Of a stretch of DNA of 64,000 bases, positions 47,950 to 61,332 are shown one piece after another. Source of the DNA: Macrostomum hystrix (lineage: Eukaryota > Animalia > Platyhelminthes); contig CATNEN010000003.1 in assembly GCA_950097015.1 (NCBI GenBank), positions 14,074,001-14,138,000 of the forward strand, read 5' to 3'. Both the position numbers and the translations under genes were made by a program. The stretch's first letter is position 1. Each line of letters opens with the position of its first letter. The notes beneath the pieces are model-generated. The model was not told the DNA's origin. It saw only the letters and a list, made by a program, of their open reading frames with translations, and ran no database searches.

Positions 47950-50900
47950 ATCATAGCAAACCTGAATTTGAATCATGGCAAAAATAGAGCTTGAATCATG
48001 GCTAAACCAGCGTCTGAATCATGGCTAAACCAGAGCTTGAATCATGGCTAAACTGGAGTCTGAATCATGGCTAAACCAGAGTCTGAATCATGGCTAAACC
48101 AGCGTCTGAATCATGGCTAAACCAGAGTCTGAATCATGGCTAAACCAGAGTCTGAATCATGGCTTAACCAGAGTTTGAATCATGGCTAAACCAGAGTCTG
48201 AATCATGGCTAAACCAGAGCCTGAATCATGGCTAAACCAGAGTCTGAATCATGGCTAAACCAGCGTCTGAATCATTTAGACTAATTTTCAGCCAGTAGTG
48301 ATTGAAGATTATTTTAATTTATTTTTTCATTTCGTAAATAAAATATCATAAATCATAGCAAACCTGAATTTGAATCATGGCAAAAATAGAGCTTGAATCA
48401 TGGCTAAACCAGCGTCTGAATCATGGCTAAACCAGAGCTTGAATCATGGCTAAACTGGAGTCTGAATCATGGCTAAACCATAGTCTGAATCATGGCTAAA
48501 CCAGCGTCTGAATCATGGCTAAACCAGAGTCTGAATCATGGCTAAACCAGAGTCTGAATCATGGCTTAACCAGAGTTTGAATCATGGCTAAACCAGAGTC
48601 TGAATCATGGCTAAACCAGAGCCTGAATCATGGCTAAACCAGAGTCTGAATCATGGCTAAACCAGCGTCTGAATCTTTTAGACTAATTTTCAGCCAGTAG
48701 TGATTGAAGATTATTTTAATTTATTTTTTCATTTCGTAAATAAAATATCATAAATCATAGCAAACCTGAATTTGAATCATGGCAAAAATAGAGCTTGAAT
48801 CATGGCTAAACCAGCGTCTGAATCATGGCTAAACCAGAGCTTGAATCATGGCTAAACTGGAGTCTGAATCATGGCTAAACCATAGTCTGAATCATGGCTA
48901 AACCAGCGTCTGAATCATGGCTAAACCAGAGTCTGAATCATGGCTAAAATAGAGTCTGAATCATGGCTAAACCAGAGTCTGAATCATGGCTAAACCAGAG
49001 TCTGAATCATGGCTAAACCAGAGCCTGAATCATGGCTAAACCAGAGTCTGAATCATGGCTAAACCAGCGTCTGAATCATGGCTAAACCAGAGTTTGAATC
49101 ATGGCTAAACCAGCGTCTGAATCATGGCTAAACCAGAGTTTGAATCATGGCTAAACCAGAGTTTGAATCATGGCTTAACCAGAGTTTGAATCATGGCTAA
49201 ACCAGAGTCTGAATCATGGCTAAACCAGCGTCTGAATCATGGCTAAACCAGAGTCTGAATCATGGCTAAACCAGAGTCTGAATCATGGCTTAACCAGAGT
49301 TTGAATCATGGCTAAACCAGAGTCTGAATCATGGCTAAACCAGAGCCTGAATCATGGCTAAACCAGAGTCTGAATCATGGCTAAACCAGCGTCTGAATCA
49401 TTTAGACTAATTTTCAGCCAGTAGTGATTGAAGATTATTTTAATTTATTTTTTCATTTCGTAAATAAAATATCATAAATCATAGCAAACCTGAATTTGAA
49501 TCATGGCAAAAATAGAGCTTGAATCATGGCTAAACCAGCGTCTGAATCATGGCTAAACCAGAGCTTGAATCATGGCTAAACTGGAGTCTGAATCATGGCT
49601 AAACCATAGTCTGAATCATGGCTAAACCAGCGTCTGAATCATGGCTAAACCAGAGTCTGAATCATGGCTAAACCAGAGTCTGAATCATGGCTTAACCAGA
49701 GTTTGAATCATGGCTAAACCAGAGTCTGAATCATGGCTAAACCAGAGCCTGAATCATGGCTAAACCAGAGTCTGAATCATGGCTAAACCAGCGTCTGAAT
49801 CTTTTAGACTAATTTTCAGCCAGTAGTGATTGAAGATTATTTTAATTTATTTTTTCATTTCGTAAATAAAATATCATAAATCATAGCAAACCTGAATTTG
49901 AATCATGGCAAAAATAGAGCTTGAATCATGGCTAAACCAGCGTCTGAATCATGGCTAAACCAGAGCTTGAATCATGGCTAAACTGGAGTCTGAATCATGG
50001 CTAAACCATAGTCTGAATCATGGCTAAACCAGCGTCTGAATCATGGCTAAACCAGAGTCTGAATCATGGCTAAAATAGAGTCTGAATCATGGCTAAACCA
50101 GAGTCTGAATCATGGCTAAACCAGAGTCTGAATCATGGCTAAACCAGAGCCTGAATCATGGCTAAACCAGAGTCTGAATCATGGCTAAACCAGCGTCTGA
50201 ATCATGGCTAAACCAGAGTTTGAATCATGGCTAAACCAGCGTCTGAATCATGGCTAAACCAGAGTTTGAATCATGGCTAAACCAGAGTTTGAATCATGGC
50301 TTAACCAGAGTTTGAATCATGGCTAAACCAGAGTCTGAATCATGGCTAAACCAGCGTCTGAATCATGGCTAAACCAGAGTTTGAATCATGGCTAAACCAG
50401 CGTCTGAATCATGGCTAAACCAGAGTTTGAATCATGGCTAAACCAGAGTTTGAATCATGGCTTAACCAGAGTTTGAATCATGGCTAAACCAGCGTCTGAA
50501 TCATGGCTAAACCAGCGTCTGAATCATGGCTAAACCAGCGTCTGAATCATGGCTAAACCATAGTCTGAATCATGGCTAAAATAGAGTCTGAATCATGGCT
50601 AAACCAGAGTCTGAATCATGGCTAAACTAGAGTCTGAATCATGGCTAAACCAGAGTCTGAATCATGGCTAAACTAGAGTCTGAATCATGGCTAAACCAGA
50701 GTCTGAATCATGGCTAAACTAGAGTCTGAATCATGGCTAAACCAGCGTCTGAATCATGGCTAAACCAGAGTTTGAATCATGGCTAAACCAGAGTTTCAAT
50801 CATGGCTAAACCAGCGTCTGAATCATGGCTAAACCAGCGTCTGAATCATGGCTAAACCAGAGTCTGAATCATGGCAAAACTGGAGTCTGAATCATGGCTA

Positions 50901-51160
50901 AACCAGAGTCTGAATCATGGCTAAACTAGAGTCTGAATCATGGCTAAACCAGCGTCTGAATCATGGCTAAACCAGAGTTTGAATCATGGCTAAACCAGAG
51001 TTTCAATCATGGCTAAACCAGCGTCTGAATCATGGCTAAACCAGCGTCTGAATCATGGCTAAACCAGCGTCTGAATCATGGCTAAACCAGAGTCTGAATC
51101 ATGGCTAAACCAGAGTTTGAATCATGGCTAACCCAGCGTTTGAATCATTGCTAAACCAGA
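47950..51160. repeat. 23-bp minisatellite (GAATCATGGCTAAACCAGAGTCT) inside Helitron copy 1, with 402- and 1126-bp higher-order duplications
   Basis: 23-bp period; unique spacer recurs at 47871, 48273, 48675, 49399 and 49801. Confidence 0.95.
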
Positions 51161-52080
51161 ACTGGTGGATAATCGTCAACTGGGGGATCATGGTAAACTG
51201 GGGGATAATTGTCAACTGGGGGATCATTGTCAACTGGAGGATCATTGGCAACTGGGGGATAATTGTCAACTGGGGGATAATTGTCACGGGGAAACATCAC
51301 CAAATGCGGGATCATAATCAACTAGGGGATCATTGTCAACTAGGGGATCATGTTCAACTGGGGGAACATTGTCAACTGGGATCACCATCAATGGGGGATC
51401 ATAGTCAACTGAGAGATAATTGTCGACTGGGGGATAATCGTCAACTGGGGGATCATGGTCAACTGGAGGATCATTGTCAACGGGGGGATAGTTGTCAACT
51501 GGGGGATAATTGTCAACTGGGGGATCATTGTCAACTGGGAGATCATTGTCAATGTCAACTGGGGGATCATTTTCAACTGGGGATCATTGTCAACTGGGGG
51601 TTTATCATCACCCGGAGGATCATTGTGAACTGGGGGGATCATTGTCAACTTGTTGATCATCATCAACTGGGGGATCATTGTCAACTGTGGGAACATTGTC
51701 AACTGGGGGAACGTTGTCAACTGGAGATTATCATCAATGGGGAGTCATCATTAACTGGGGGATCATTGTCAACTGCGTGATCATCATCAATTGGGGGATT
51801 ATTGTCAACTCGGGGATCATTGTCAGCTGTGGGAACATTGTCAACTGGGGATCATCATCAATGGGGAGTCATCATTAACTGGGGGATCATTGTCAACTGC
51901 GTGATCATCATCTATTGAGGGATTATTGTCAACTGGGGGATCATAATCAACTGCGTGATCATCATCAATTGGGGGATTATTGTCAACGGGGGGATCATTG
52001 TCAACTGGGGGATCATTGTCAACTGGGGGATTATTGTCAACTGGGGGATCTTTATCAACTGGGGGATCATTGTCAACTGA
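51161..52080. repeat. 18-bp minisatellite (CTGGGGGATCATTGTCAA) inside Helitron copy 1
   Basis: Imperfect 18-bp units. Confidence 0.92.
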
Positions 52081-52789
52081 TCATTGTAGCGTAAAAAGGC
52101 TGAAAATGCAGCTGCTAAAAAGTGTATACTGGACGAAATCAAAATATTTCTGCTCCCCGAAGGGGGGCAAAACTTGCTAGTCTAATATACTAAAAATGAA
52201 ATGCTTGGTTGGTTGCTTGTAATTGATTTTCTCCCGAACGGCTCAACCGATTTTCACCATTTCTTCACCAAAACATGCCAAATATGGGGACAATTATACA
52301 CGTATTTTTATTAAGCTTAACTTTATTGCTAAGGGGATTAAATATTCGAAAAACAAGTTTTTTGACCATTTCAAAGGTCAAACTATCTTGGCCTATTGAG
52401 AGTTTCATTCACTGACTGCCACTGAATTAGAATTGCATCGTCAAATTGCGCAACAACCCCTAGCTGATTGAATTTAAAGCCTGCACTCTGGAGACAAATT
52501 GGAAATAAATGTACACAACCAACCGCGAGACTGAGTGTACTCTATTTTCTCACTTCATTGTACAAAGCCAGAACTTTGAGAATTCATTTTATAAGGCTGA
52601 TTTTTGCACCCACTAACCAACAGTCGGAATAGCCGATATGTAGGCACTAGGAATAGGTTATAGGCTAGGCTAGGGTTCGATTTTGCACTGCGTCAAATCA
52701 TTTTAGACTAATTTTCAGCCAGTAGTGATTGAAGACTATTTTAATTTATTTTTTTCATTTCGTAAATAAAATATCATAAATCATAGCAA

Positions 52790-55140
52790 ACCTGAGTTTG
52801 AATCATTGCAAAAATAGAGTTTGAATCATGGCTAAACCAGAGTTTGAATCATGGCTAAACCAGAGTTTGAATCATGGCTAAACCAGAGTTTGAATCATGG
52901 CTAAACCAGAGTTTGAATCATGGCTAAACCAGATCTTGAATCATGGCTAAACTAGAGTCTGAATCATGGCTAAACCAGAGTCTGAATCATGGCTAAACCA
53001 TAGTCTGAATCATGGCTAAAATAGAGTCTGAATCATGGCTAAACCATAGTCTGAATCATGGCTAAAATAGAGTCTGAATCATGGCTAAACCAGAGTCTGA
53101 ATCATGGCTAAACTAGAGTCTGAATCATGGCTAAACTAGAGTCTGAATCATGGCTAAACCAGAGTCTGAATCATGGCTAAACCAGAGTCTGAATCATGGC
53201 TAAACTAGAGTCTGAATCATGGCTAAACCAGATCTTGAATCATGGCTAAACTAGAGTCTGAATCATGGCTAAACCAGATCTTGAATCATGGCTACACCAG
53301 AGTCTGAATCATGGCTAAACCAGAGTCTGAATCATGGCTAAACCAGAGTCTGAATCATGGCTAAACCAGAGTCTGAATCATGGCTAAACCAGAGTCTGAA
53401 TCATGGCTAAACCAGAGTCTGAAGCATGGCTAAACTAGAGTCTGAATCATGGCTAAACCAGAGTCTGAATCATGGCTAAACCAGAGTCTGAATCATGGCT
53501 AAACATGAGTCTGAATCATGGCTAAAATAGAGTCTGAATCATGGTTAAACCAGAGTCTGAATCATGGCTAAACCAGAGTCTGAATCATGGCTAAACTAGA
53601 GTCTGAATCATGGCTAAACCAGATCTTGAATCATGGCTAAACTAGAGTCTGAATCATGGCTAAACCAGATCTTGAATCATGGCTACACCAGAGTCTGAAT
53701 CATGGCTAAACCAGAGTCTGAATCATGGCTAAACCAGAGTCTGAATCATGGCTAAACCAGAGTCTGAATCATGGCTAAACCAGAGTCTGAATCATGGCTA
53801 AAATAGAGTCTGAATCATGGTTAAACCAGAGTCTGAATCATGGCTAAACCAGAGTCTGAAGCATGGCTAAACTAGAGTCTGAATCATGGCTAAACCAGAG
53901 TCTGAATCATCGCAAAACTGGAGTTTGAATCATGGCTAAACCATAGTCTGAATCATGGCTAAACCAGATCTTGAATCATGGCTAAACAAGAGTCTGAATC
54001 ATGGCTAAACCAGATCTTGAATCATGGCTACACCAGAGTCTGAATCATGGCTACACCAGAGTCTGAATCATGGCTAAACCAGAGTCTGAATCATGGCTAA
54101 ACCAGAGTCTGAATCATGGCTAAAATAGAGTCTGAATCATGGTTAAACCAGAGTCTGAATCATGGCTAAACCAGAGTCTGAAGCATGGCTAAACTAGAGT
54201 CTGAATCATGGCTAAACCAGAGTCTGAATCATCGCAAAACTGGAGTCTGAATCATGGCTAAACCATAGTCTGAATCATGGCTAAAATAGAGTCTGAATCA
54301 TGGCTAAACCAGAGTCTGAATCATGGCTAAACTAGAGTCTGAATCATGGCTAAAATAGAGTCTGAATCATGGCTAAACCAGAGTCTGAATCATGGCTAAA
54401 CTAGAGTCTGAATCATGGCTAAACTAGAGTCTGAATCATGGCTAAAATAGAGTCTGAATCATGGCTAAACCAGAGTCTGAATCATGGCTAAACTAGAGTC
54501 TGAATCATGGCTAAACCAGAGTTTCAATTATGGCTAAACCAGAGTTTCAATCATGGCTAAACCAGAGTCTGAATCATCGCAAAACTGGAGTCTGAATCAT
54601 GGCTAAACCATAGTCTGAATCATGGCTAAAATAGAGTCTGAATCATGGCTAAACTAGAGTCTGAATCATGGCTAAACTAGAGTCTGAATCATGGCTAAAA
54701 TAGAGTCTGAATCATGGCTAAACCAGAGTCTGAATCATGGCTAAACTAGAGTCTGAATCATGGCTAAAATAGAGTCTGAATCATGGCTAAACCAGAGTGT
54801 GAATCATGGCTAAACTAGAGTCTGAATCATGGCTAAACCAGAGTCTGAATCATGGCTAAACTAGAGTCTGAATCATGGCTAAACCAGAGTTTGAACCATG
54901 GCTAAACCAGAGTCTGAATCATGGCTAAACCAGAGTTTCAATTATGGCTAAACCAGAGTTTCAATCATGGCTAAACCAGCGTCTGAATCATGGCAAAACG
55001 AGAGTTTGAATAATAGCCCACCAGGGTTTAAATCATGGCTAAACCAGAGTTTGAATCTTGGCTAAACCAGAGTTTGAATCATAGCCCACCAGGGTTTAAA
55101 ACATGGCGAAACCTGAGTTTGAATCTTGGCTAACCCAGTG
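52790..55140. repeat. 23-bp minisatellite inside Helitron copy 2
   Basis: Same unit as in copy 1 with a different variant spectrum. Confidence 0.95.
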
Positions 55141-55154
55141 TTTGAAAAATCAAC

Positions 55155-57262
55155 GTCAACTGGGGAGTCATCATCAAAATGGGGATCATGGTGAACTGGG
55201 GGATAATCGTCAACTGGGGGATCATGGTAAACTGGGGGATAATTGTCAACTGGGGGATCATTGTCAACTGGGGGATCATTGTCAACTGGGGGATCATTGT
55301 CAACTGGGGGATCATTGTCAACTGGGGGATCATCGTCAACTGGGGGATCATTGTCAACTGGGGTATCATTTTCAACTGGGGGATCATTGTCAACTGGGGT
55401 ATCATTTTCAACTGGGGGATCATTGTCAACTAGGGGATCATTGTCCACTGGGGAATGATTGTCAACTGGGTAATCATGTCAACTGGGGGATCATTGTCAA
55501 CTGGGGGATCATTGTCAACTGTAGGATCATTGTCAACTAGGGGATCATGGCCAACTGGGGATCATTGTGAACTGGGTGATCATTGTCAACTGGGGGATCA
55601 TCTTCAACTGGGGGATCATTGTCAACTGGGAGATCATTGTAAACTGGGGGATCATCATCAACTGGGGGATCATTGTCAACTGGGGGATCATTGTCAACTG
55701 TAGGATCATTGTCAACTAGGGGATCATGGCCAACTGGGGATCATTGTGAACTGGGTGATCATTGTCAACTGGGGGATCATCTTCAACTGGGGGATCATTG
55801 TCAACTGGGAGATCATTGTAAACTGGGGGATCATCATCAACTGGGGGATCATTGTCAACTGTGGGATCATTGTCAACTAGGGGATCATGGCCAACTGGGG
55901 ATCATTGTGAACTGGGTGATCATTGTCAACTGGGGGATCATCTTCAACTGGGTGATCATTGTCAACTGGGGTATCATTGTAAACTGGGGGATCATTGTCC
56001 ACTGGGGAATGATTGTCAACTGGGTAATCATTGTCAACTGGGTAATCATTGTCAACTGGGGGATCATTGTCAACTGGGGGATCATTGTCAACTGGGGGAT
56101 CATTGTCAACTGGGGGATCATTTTCAACTTGGGGATCATTTTCAACTGGGGGATCATTGCCAACTGGGGGATCATTGTCAACTCGGTGATCATCATCAAC
56201 TGGGGGATCATTGTCAACTGTGGGATCATTGTCAACTAGGGGATCATGGCCAACTGGGGATCATTGTGAACTGGGGGATCATTGTCAACTGGGGGAACAT
56301 TGTCAACTGGGGGATCATTGTCAACTGGGAGATCATTGTAAACTGGGGAATCATCATCAACTGGGGGATCATTGTAAACTGGGGGATCATTGTCAACTGT
56401 GGGATCATTGTCAACTAGGGGATCATGGCCAACTGGGGATCATTGTGAACTGGGGGATCATTGTCAACTGGTGGATCATTGTCAACTGGGAGATCATTGT
56501 CAACTGGGGGATCATTGTCAACTGGGGGATCATTGTCAACTGGAGGATCATTGTCAACTGGGTGATCATTATCAACTGGGGGATCATTGTCAACTGGGGG
56601 ATCATTGTCAACTGTGGGATCATTGTCAACTGGGGGATCATTGTCAACTGGTGGATCATTGTCAACTGGGAGATCATTGTCAACTGGGGGATCATTGTCA
56701 ACTGGGGGATCATTGTCAACTGGGGGATCATTGTCAACTGGGTGATCATTATCAACTGGGGGATCATTGTCAACTGGGGGATCATTGTCAACTGGGGGAT
56801 CATTGTCAACTGGGGGATCATTATCAACTGGGGGATCATTGTCTACTGGGGGATCATTGTCAACTGGGAGATCATTGTCAACTGGGGGATCATTGTCAAC
56901 TGAGGGGATCATTGTCAACTGGAGGATCATTGTCAACTGGGTGATCATTATCAACTGGGGGATCATTGTCAACTGGGGGATCATTGTCAACTGTGGGATC
57001 ATTGTCAACTGGGGGATCATTGTCAACTGGTGGATCATTGTCAACTGGGAGATCATTGTCAACTGGGGGATCATTGTCAACTGGGGGATCATTGTCAACT
57101 GGGGGATCATTGTCAACTGGGTGATCATTATCAACTGGGGGATCATTGTCAACTGGGGGATCATTGTCAACTGGGGGATCATTGTCAACTGGGGGATCAT
57201 TATCAACTGGGGGATCATTGTCTACTGGGGGATCATTATCAACTGGGGGATCATTGTCAACT
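55155..57262. repeat. 18-bp minisatellite inside Helitron copy 2, with ~179-bp higher-order repeats
   Basis: GGATCATGGCCAACTGGGGATC marker recurs at ~179-bp spacing. Confidence 0.93.
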
Positions 57263-57365
57263 GATCATTGTAGCGCAAAAAAGGCTGACAATACAGCTGC
57301 TAAAAAGTATATACTGGACGAGTTAAAAATATTTCTGCTCCCCGAAGGGGGGCAAAACTTGCTAG

Positions 57366-58700
57366 TTTCACTCTAAACTTGTCACTCTAGATATTTCTCT
57401 CTAAACTTGTCACTCAAAATATTTCCTTCTGAACTTGTCACTCAAGATATTTCACTCTAAACTTGTCACTTCAGATATTTCACTCTAAACTTGTCACTCA
57501 AAATATTTCACTCTAAACTTGTCACTCAAAATATTTCACTCTAAACTTGTCACTCAAAATATTTCCTTCTGAACTTGTCACTCAAGATATTTCACTCTAA
57601 ACTTGTCACTTCAGATATTTCACTCTAAACTTGTCACTCCAGATATTTCACTCTAAACTTGTCACTCTAGATATTTCTCTCTAAACTTGTCACTCAAAAT
57701 ATTTCCTTCTGAACTTGTCACTCAAGATATTTCACTCTAAACTTGTCACTCAAAATATTTCACTCTAAACTTGTCACTTCAGATATTTCTCTCTAAACTT
57801 GTCACTCAAAATATTTCCTTCTGAACTTGTCACTCAAGATATTTCACTCTAAACTTGTCACTTCAGATATTTCACTCTAAACTTGTCACTCAAAATATTT
57901 CACTCTAAACTTGTCACTCAAAATATTTCACTCTAAACTTGTCACTCAAAATATTTCCTTCTGAACTTGTCACTCAAGATATTTCACTCTAAACTTGTCA
58001 CTTCAGATATTTCACTCTAAACTTGTCACTCCAGATATTTCACTCTAAACTTGTCACTCTAGATATTTCTCTCTAAACTTGTCACTCAAAATATTTCCTT
58101 CTGAACTTGTCACTCAAGATATTTCACTCTAAACTTGTCACTTCAGATATTTCACTCTAAACTTGTCACTTCAGATATTTCTCTCTAAACTTGTCACTCA
58201 AAATATTTCCTTCTGAACTTGTCACTCAAGATATTTCACTCTAAACTTGTCACTCAAGATATTTCACTCTAAACTTGTCACTCAAGATATTTCACTCTAA
58301 ACTTGTAATTTAAGATATTTCACTCTAAACTTGTCACTTCAGATATTTCTCTCTAAACTTGTCACTCAAAATATTTCCTTCTGAACTTGTCACTCAAGAT
58401 ATTTCACTCTAAACTTGTCACTCAAGATATTTCTCTCTAAACTTGTCACTTCAGATTTTCTCTCTAAACTTGTCACTCAAAATATTTCTCTCTAAACTTG
58501 TCACTCCAGATATTTCTCTCTAAACTTGTCACTCAAAATATTTCTCTCTAAACTTGTCACTCTAGATATTTCTCTCTAAACTTGTCACTCAAAATATTTC
58601 CTTCTGAACTTGTCACTCAAGATATTTCACTCTAAGCTTGTCACTTCAGATATTTCACTCTAAACTTGTCACTTCAGATATTTCTCTTTAAACTTGTCAA
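57366..58700. repeat. 28-bp satellite, right part
   Basis: Continuation of 46915-47366. Confidence 0.95.
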
Positions 58701-59157
58701 CCCACAAAAACCGAATGAATGGCAATAATTTCCCTTAACATTAGGGAAACCTCTTAACCTCTACATGCAGCTCTATACGACTGAACAAAGATTAGAGCGT
58801 TTTAGTCTGTAAACACTGATTTGTCACAGCTCTACTTGGTGAATGTGGTTTTTCTTTTTTAAACAAATTCTTAGAGATCACACACTGGTGTCCTTAGCAA
58901 CAAACACGATAAGAATCACACTGACAGAATGTGTTTTGTGTATTTACATAATCTATTTCAGGGATGACATGTTTCAACCAATATTATATTCAAGGATGAG
59001 GACTTTGAAGAGTTTTACACTTTAAAAAAGACATCACTTATAAACATTTTCGTCGGCTTTTCATAGAAAAAAAGAACCACGTGATGCAGATAAATGATAA
59101 ATATTTCATATTTCTGAGTTTGTGTGCGGAAGAGGGGATTTATGTTGAGAGAAGGAT

Positions 59158-59530
59158 ATGGAGAGAAAGAGAGGGACAGAAGGACGAAGAGAGGAAGAGG
59201 GACAGAAGGACGAAGAGAGGAAGAGGGACAGAAGGACGAAGAGAGGAAGAGGGACAGAAGGAGAGGGAGAGAAGGAGAGGGAGAGAAGGAGAGGGAGAGA
59301 AAGAGAGGGAGAGAAGGAGAGGAAGAGAAGGAGAGAGAGAGAAAGAGAGGGTGAGATAGAGAGGGAGAGAAGGAGAGGGAGAGAAGGAGAGGGAGAGAAG
59401 GAGAGGGAGAGAAGGAGAGGTCGAGAGAAGGAGAGGAAGAGAAGGAGAGGAAGAGAAGGAGAGGGAGAGAAGGAGAGGAAGAGAAGGAGAGGGAGAGAAG
59501 GAGAGGAAGAGAAGAAGAGGGAGAGATGGA
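59158..59530. repeat. Purine-rich low-complexity repeat (GAGAAGGAGAGG-like)
   Basis: Direct inspection. Confidence 0.88.
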
Positions 59531-60189
59531 AAGCAAGTTTCAGAAGAGAGATTTTTGAGGAGAAAACAAAAATTTAGAAAAGCCGGTGAAGTGTAGACAC
59601 AGGAGAGAAGAATTAGTGGAGTTCTTATGAAAAGTGTAATTTTTACCAGAATATATTTCTCTGAACACTTAGTACGACCAGAAGCGGTAGAATACAAGAC
59701 ACAAAAGAATGAAAAGGACATACACACGTGCGTCTAGACTCTAGACCGATACCCGTTTAAAAATGGCAATTAATCTCTTTATAGAAATTATGCGGTCGTG
59801 AATGGCCCTCTAGCTGTTTGTTCTCATTCATCATAAGCGAGGAAGCGAATGCATGGCATCGAAATAGCGCAAGACGACAGTATTCAGTGACGGAAACAGC
59901 CTCACGAAGAAGTCGTGACTGTCGGGTCGGGGGGCATGTAATCATAGACACTCGAAATTCCATTGAACAAAGACGGGACAGCGACAAATATCACAGAATG
60001 AAAAGAACAGAAGGAAGCATCGAGTGCCGATCGGTGCGTTCCCGCTATCAATTACACCTTCGATAGTCGTAAACCATTAAGTAAAGAGAGCCTAGTCATG
60101 ATACTGTGGTCGGCCACCTAGGGCCTTTTAAAGTTACCGAATCTTACAAACAGATACTACCAACACACACTTCCCTCTCAGCTGCTTAT

Positions 60190-60552
60190 CTCCTGTCTCA
60201 TCTCTCCCGTATCTCATCTCTATCGTATCTCAACTCTCCCGACTTATCACTCCAGTCGCATCTCTCTCCAGTCTTATCTTTCCCATATCTCATCTCTCCT
60301 GTGTCTCATCACTTTCGTGTCTTATCTCTACTGTGTCTCATCTCTCCCGTATCTCAACTCTCCCGACTCATCACTCCAGTCGCATCTCTCTCCAGTCTCA
60401 TCTCTCCCGTGTCTCATCTCTCCCGTGTCTCATCTCTCCCGTGCCTCATCTCTCCCGTGTCTCATCTCTCCCGTGTCTCATCTCTCCCGTGTCTCATCTC
60501 TCCCGTGCCTCATCTCTCCCGTGTCTCATCTCTCCCGTGCCTCATCTCTCCA
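60190..60552. repeat. 16-bp minisatellite (TGTCTCATCTCTCCCG)
   Basis: 16-bp period with a degenerate 5' edge. Confidence 0.88.
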
Positions 60553-61332
60553 TTGTCAATCCAGGCAAATGTCGCATTTTTTTTCATGTTAGCTCTCAAG
60601 GCATTAAAGATTGCCTAACACTCTCATATAGCACGCAAAAACAAATTCACAACACTTCCTGGTTCGTGTGTCACTAATACGATGAGCAAATTATCTAGTC
60701 AGTCCTCGATTAGAAAAAATCATTCAAAAATTATACTTTAAAAAATGCACCCTAACCAAGAAAAAGTATCTCAAACTGGCAAAAGTGCAGATAGGCAAAA
60801 TATCTTCTGTAAACACCGTTGAAGACCTAACCGCTTTTTTACCCGACAATCGAGCGCACACAACCGCATTGAGACAAACAAAGTTAGGCCCTAGAAGCCA
60901 GAGAAAAAAAAATTCGCTAGCTAGATAGAACAAAGGTAAAACGATTCGGTATAGGTGTGTTCCGCCCACCTGGGGAAGCCATGGGTTGGTGTTGGATTCT
61001 GCAAAGTAACCCGCTACCCATAGCCTACCGGCTTGTCATAGAGGATGGGAAGTGAAGGGGGAAGGGCAGATTTAGGAAACACAAAATTGATGGATTGCAC
61101 TTAGTCATGCAGCCGAAGCCGCCGCTGCCACTGCCGTGACACTTGCATTCCTGGAATCCTAGATCAGGGAGGTTCTATATTATGCTAGCCCTCTAGTGTC
61201 GTACCATTCTGGACAATAAGACAGGAACACCAAAAAATAAGGTGAAAATGCTTACTGACTGTGGCACACCGACCAGAAAGGACCAAACATAAACTGAATA
61301 TTGGCTTGTCTAGCGACAGCTTAGCTTAACGA

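Larger units (their letters stand above)
47367..52180 (+). mobile_element. Non-autonomous Helitron, copy 1 (4814 bp)
   Basis: 5' TC; 3' CTAG preceded by hairpin TGCTCCCC-GAA-GGGGGGCA (52151-52169); follows a host A; no TSD; no RepHel ORF. Confidence 0.88.
52181..57365 (+). mobile_element. Non-autonomous Helitron, copy 2 (5185 bp), head-to-tail with copy 1
   Basis: Starts TCTAATATACTAAAAATGAAATG directly after the CTAG of copy 1; ~600-bp 5' region homologous to copy 1; identical 3' hairpin and CTAG, followed by host T. Confidence 0.88.

Noticed and set aside
47367-57365. LTR retrotransposon or plain segmental duplication as the explanation of the two similar blocks
   Set aside because: No TG...CA ends, TSD or internal coding region; TC/hairpin/CTAG ends and the A|T target fit Helitrons
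51124-57376. Cys/His-rich (GDHCQL)n ORFs resembling metal-binding proteins
   Set aside because: Translations of the 18-bp repeat, open in several frames on both strands and frequently frameshifted
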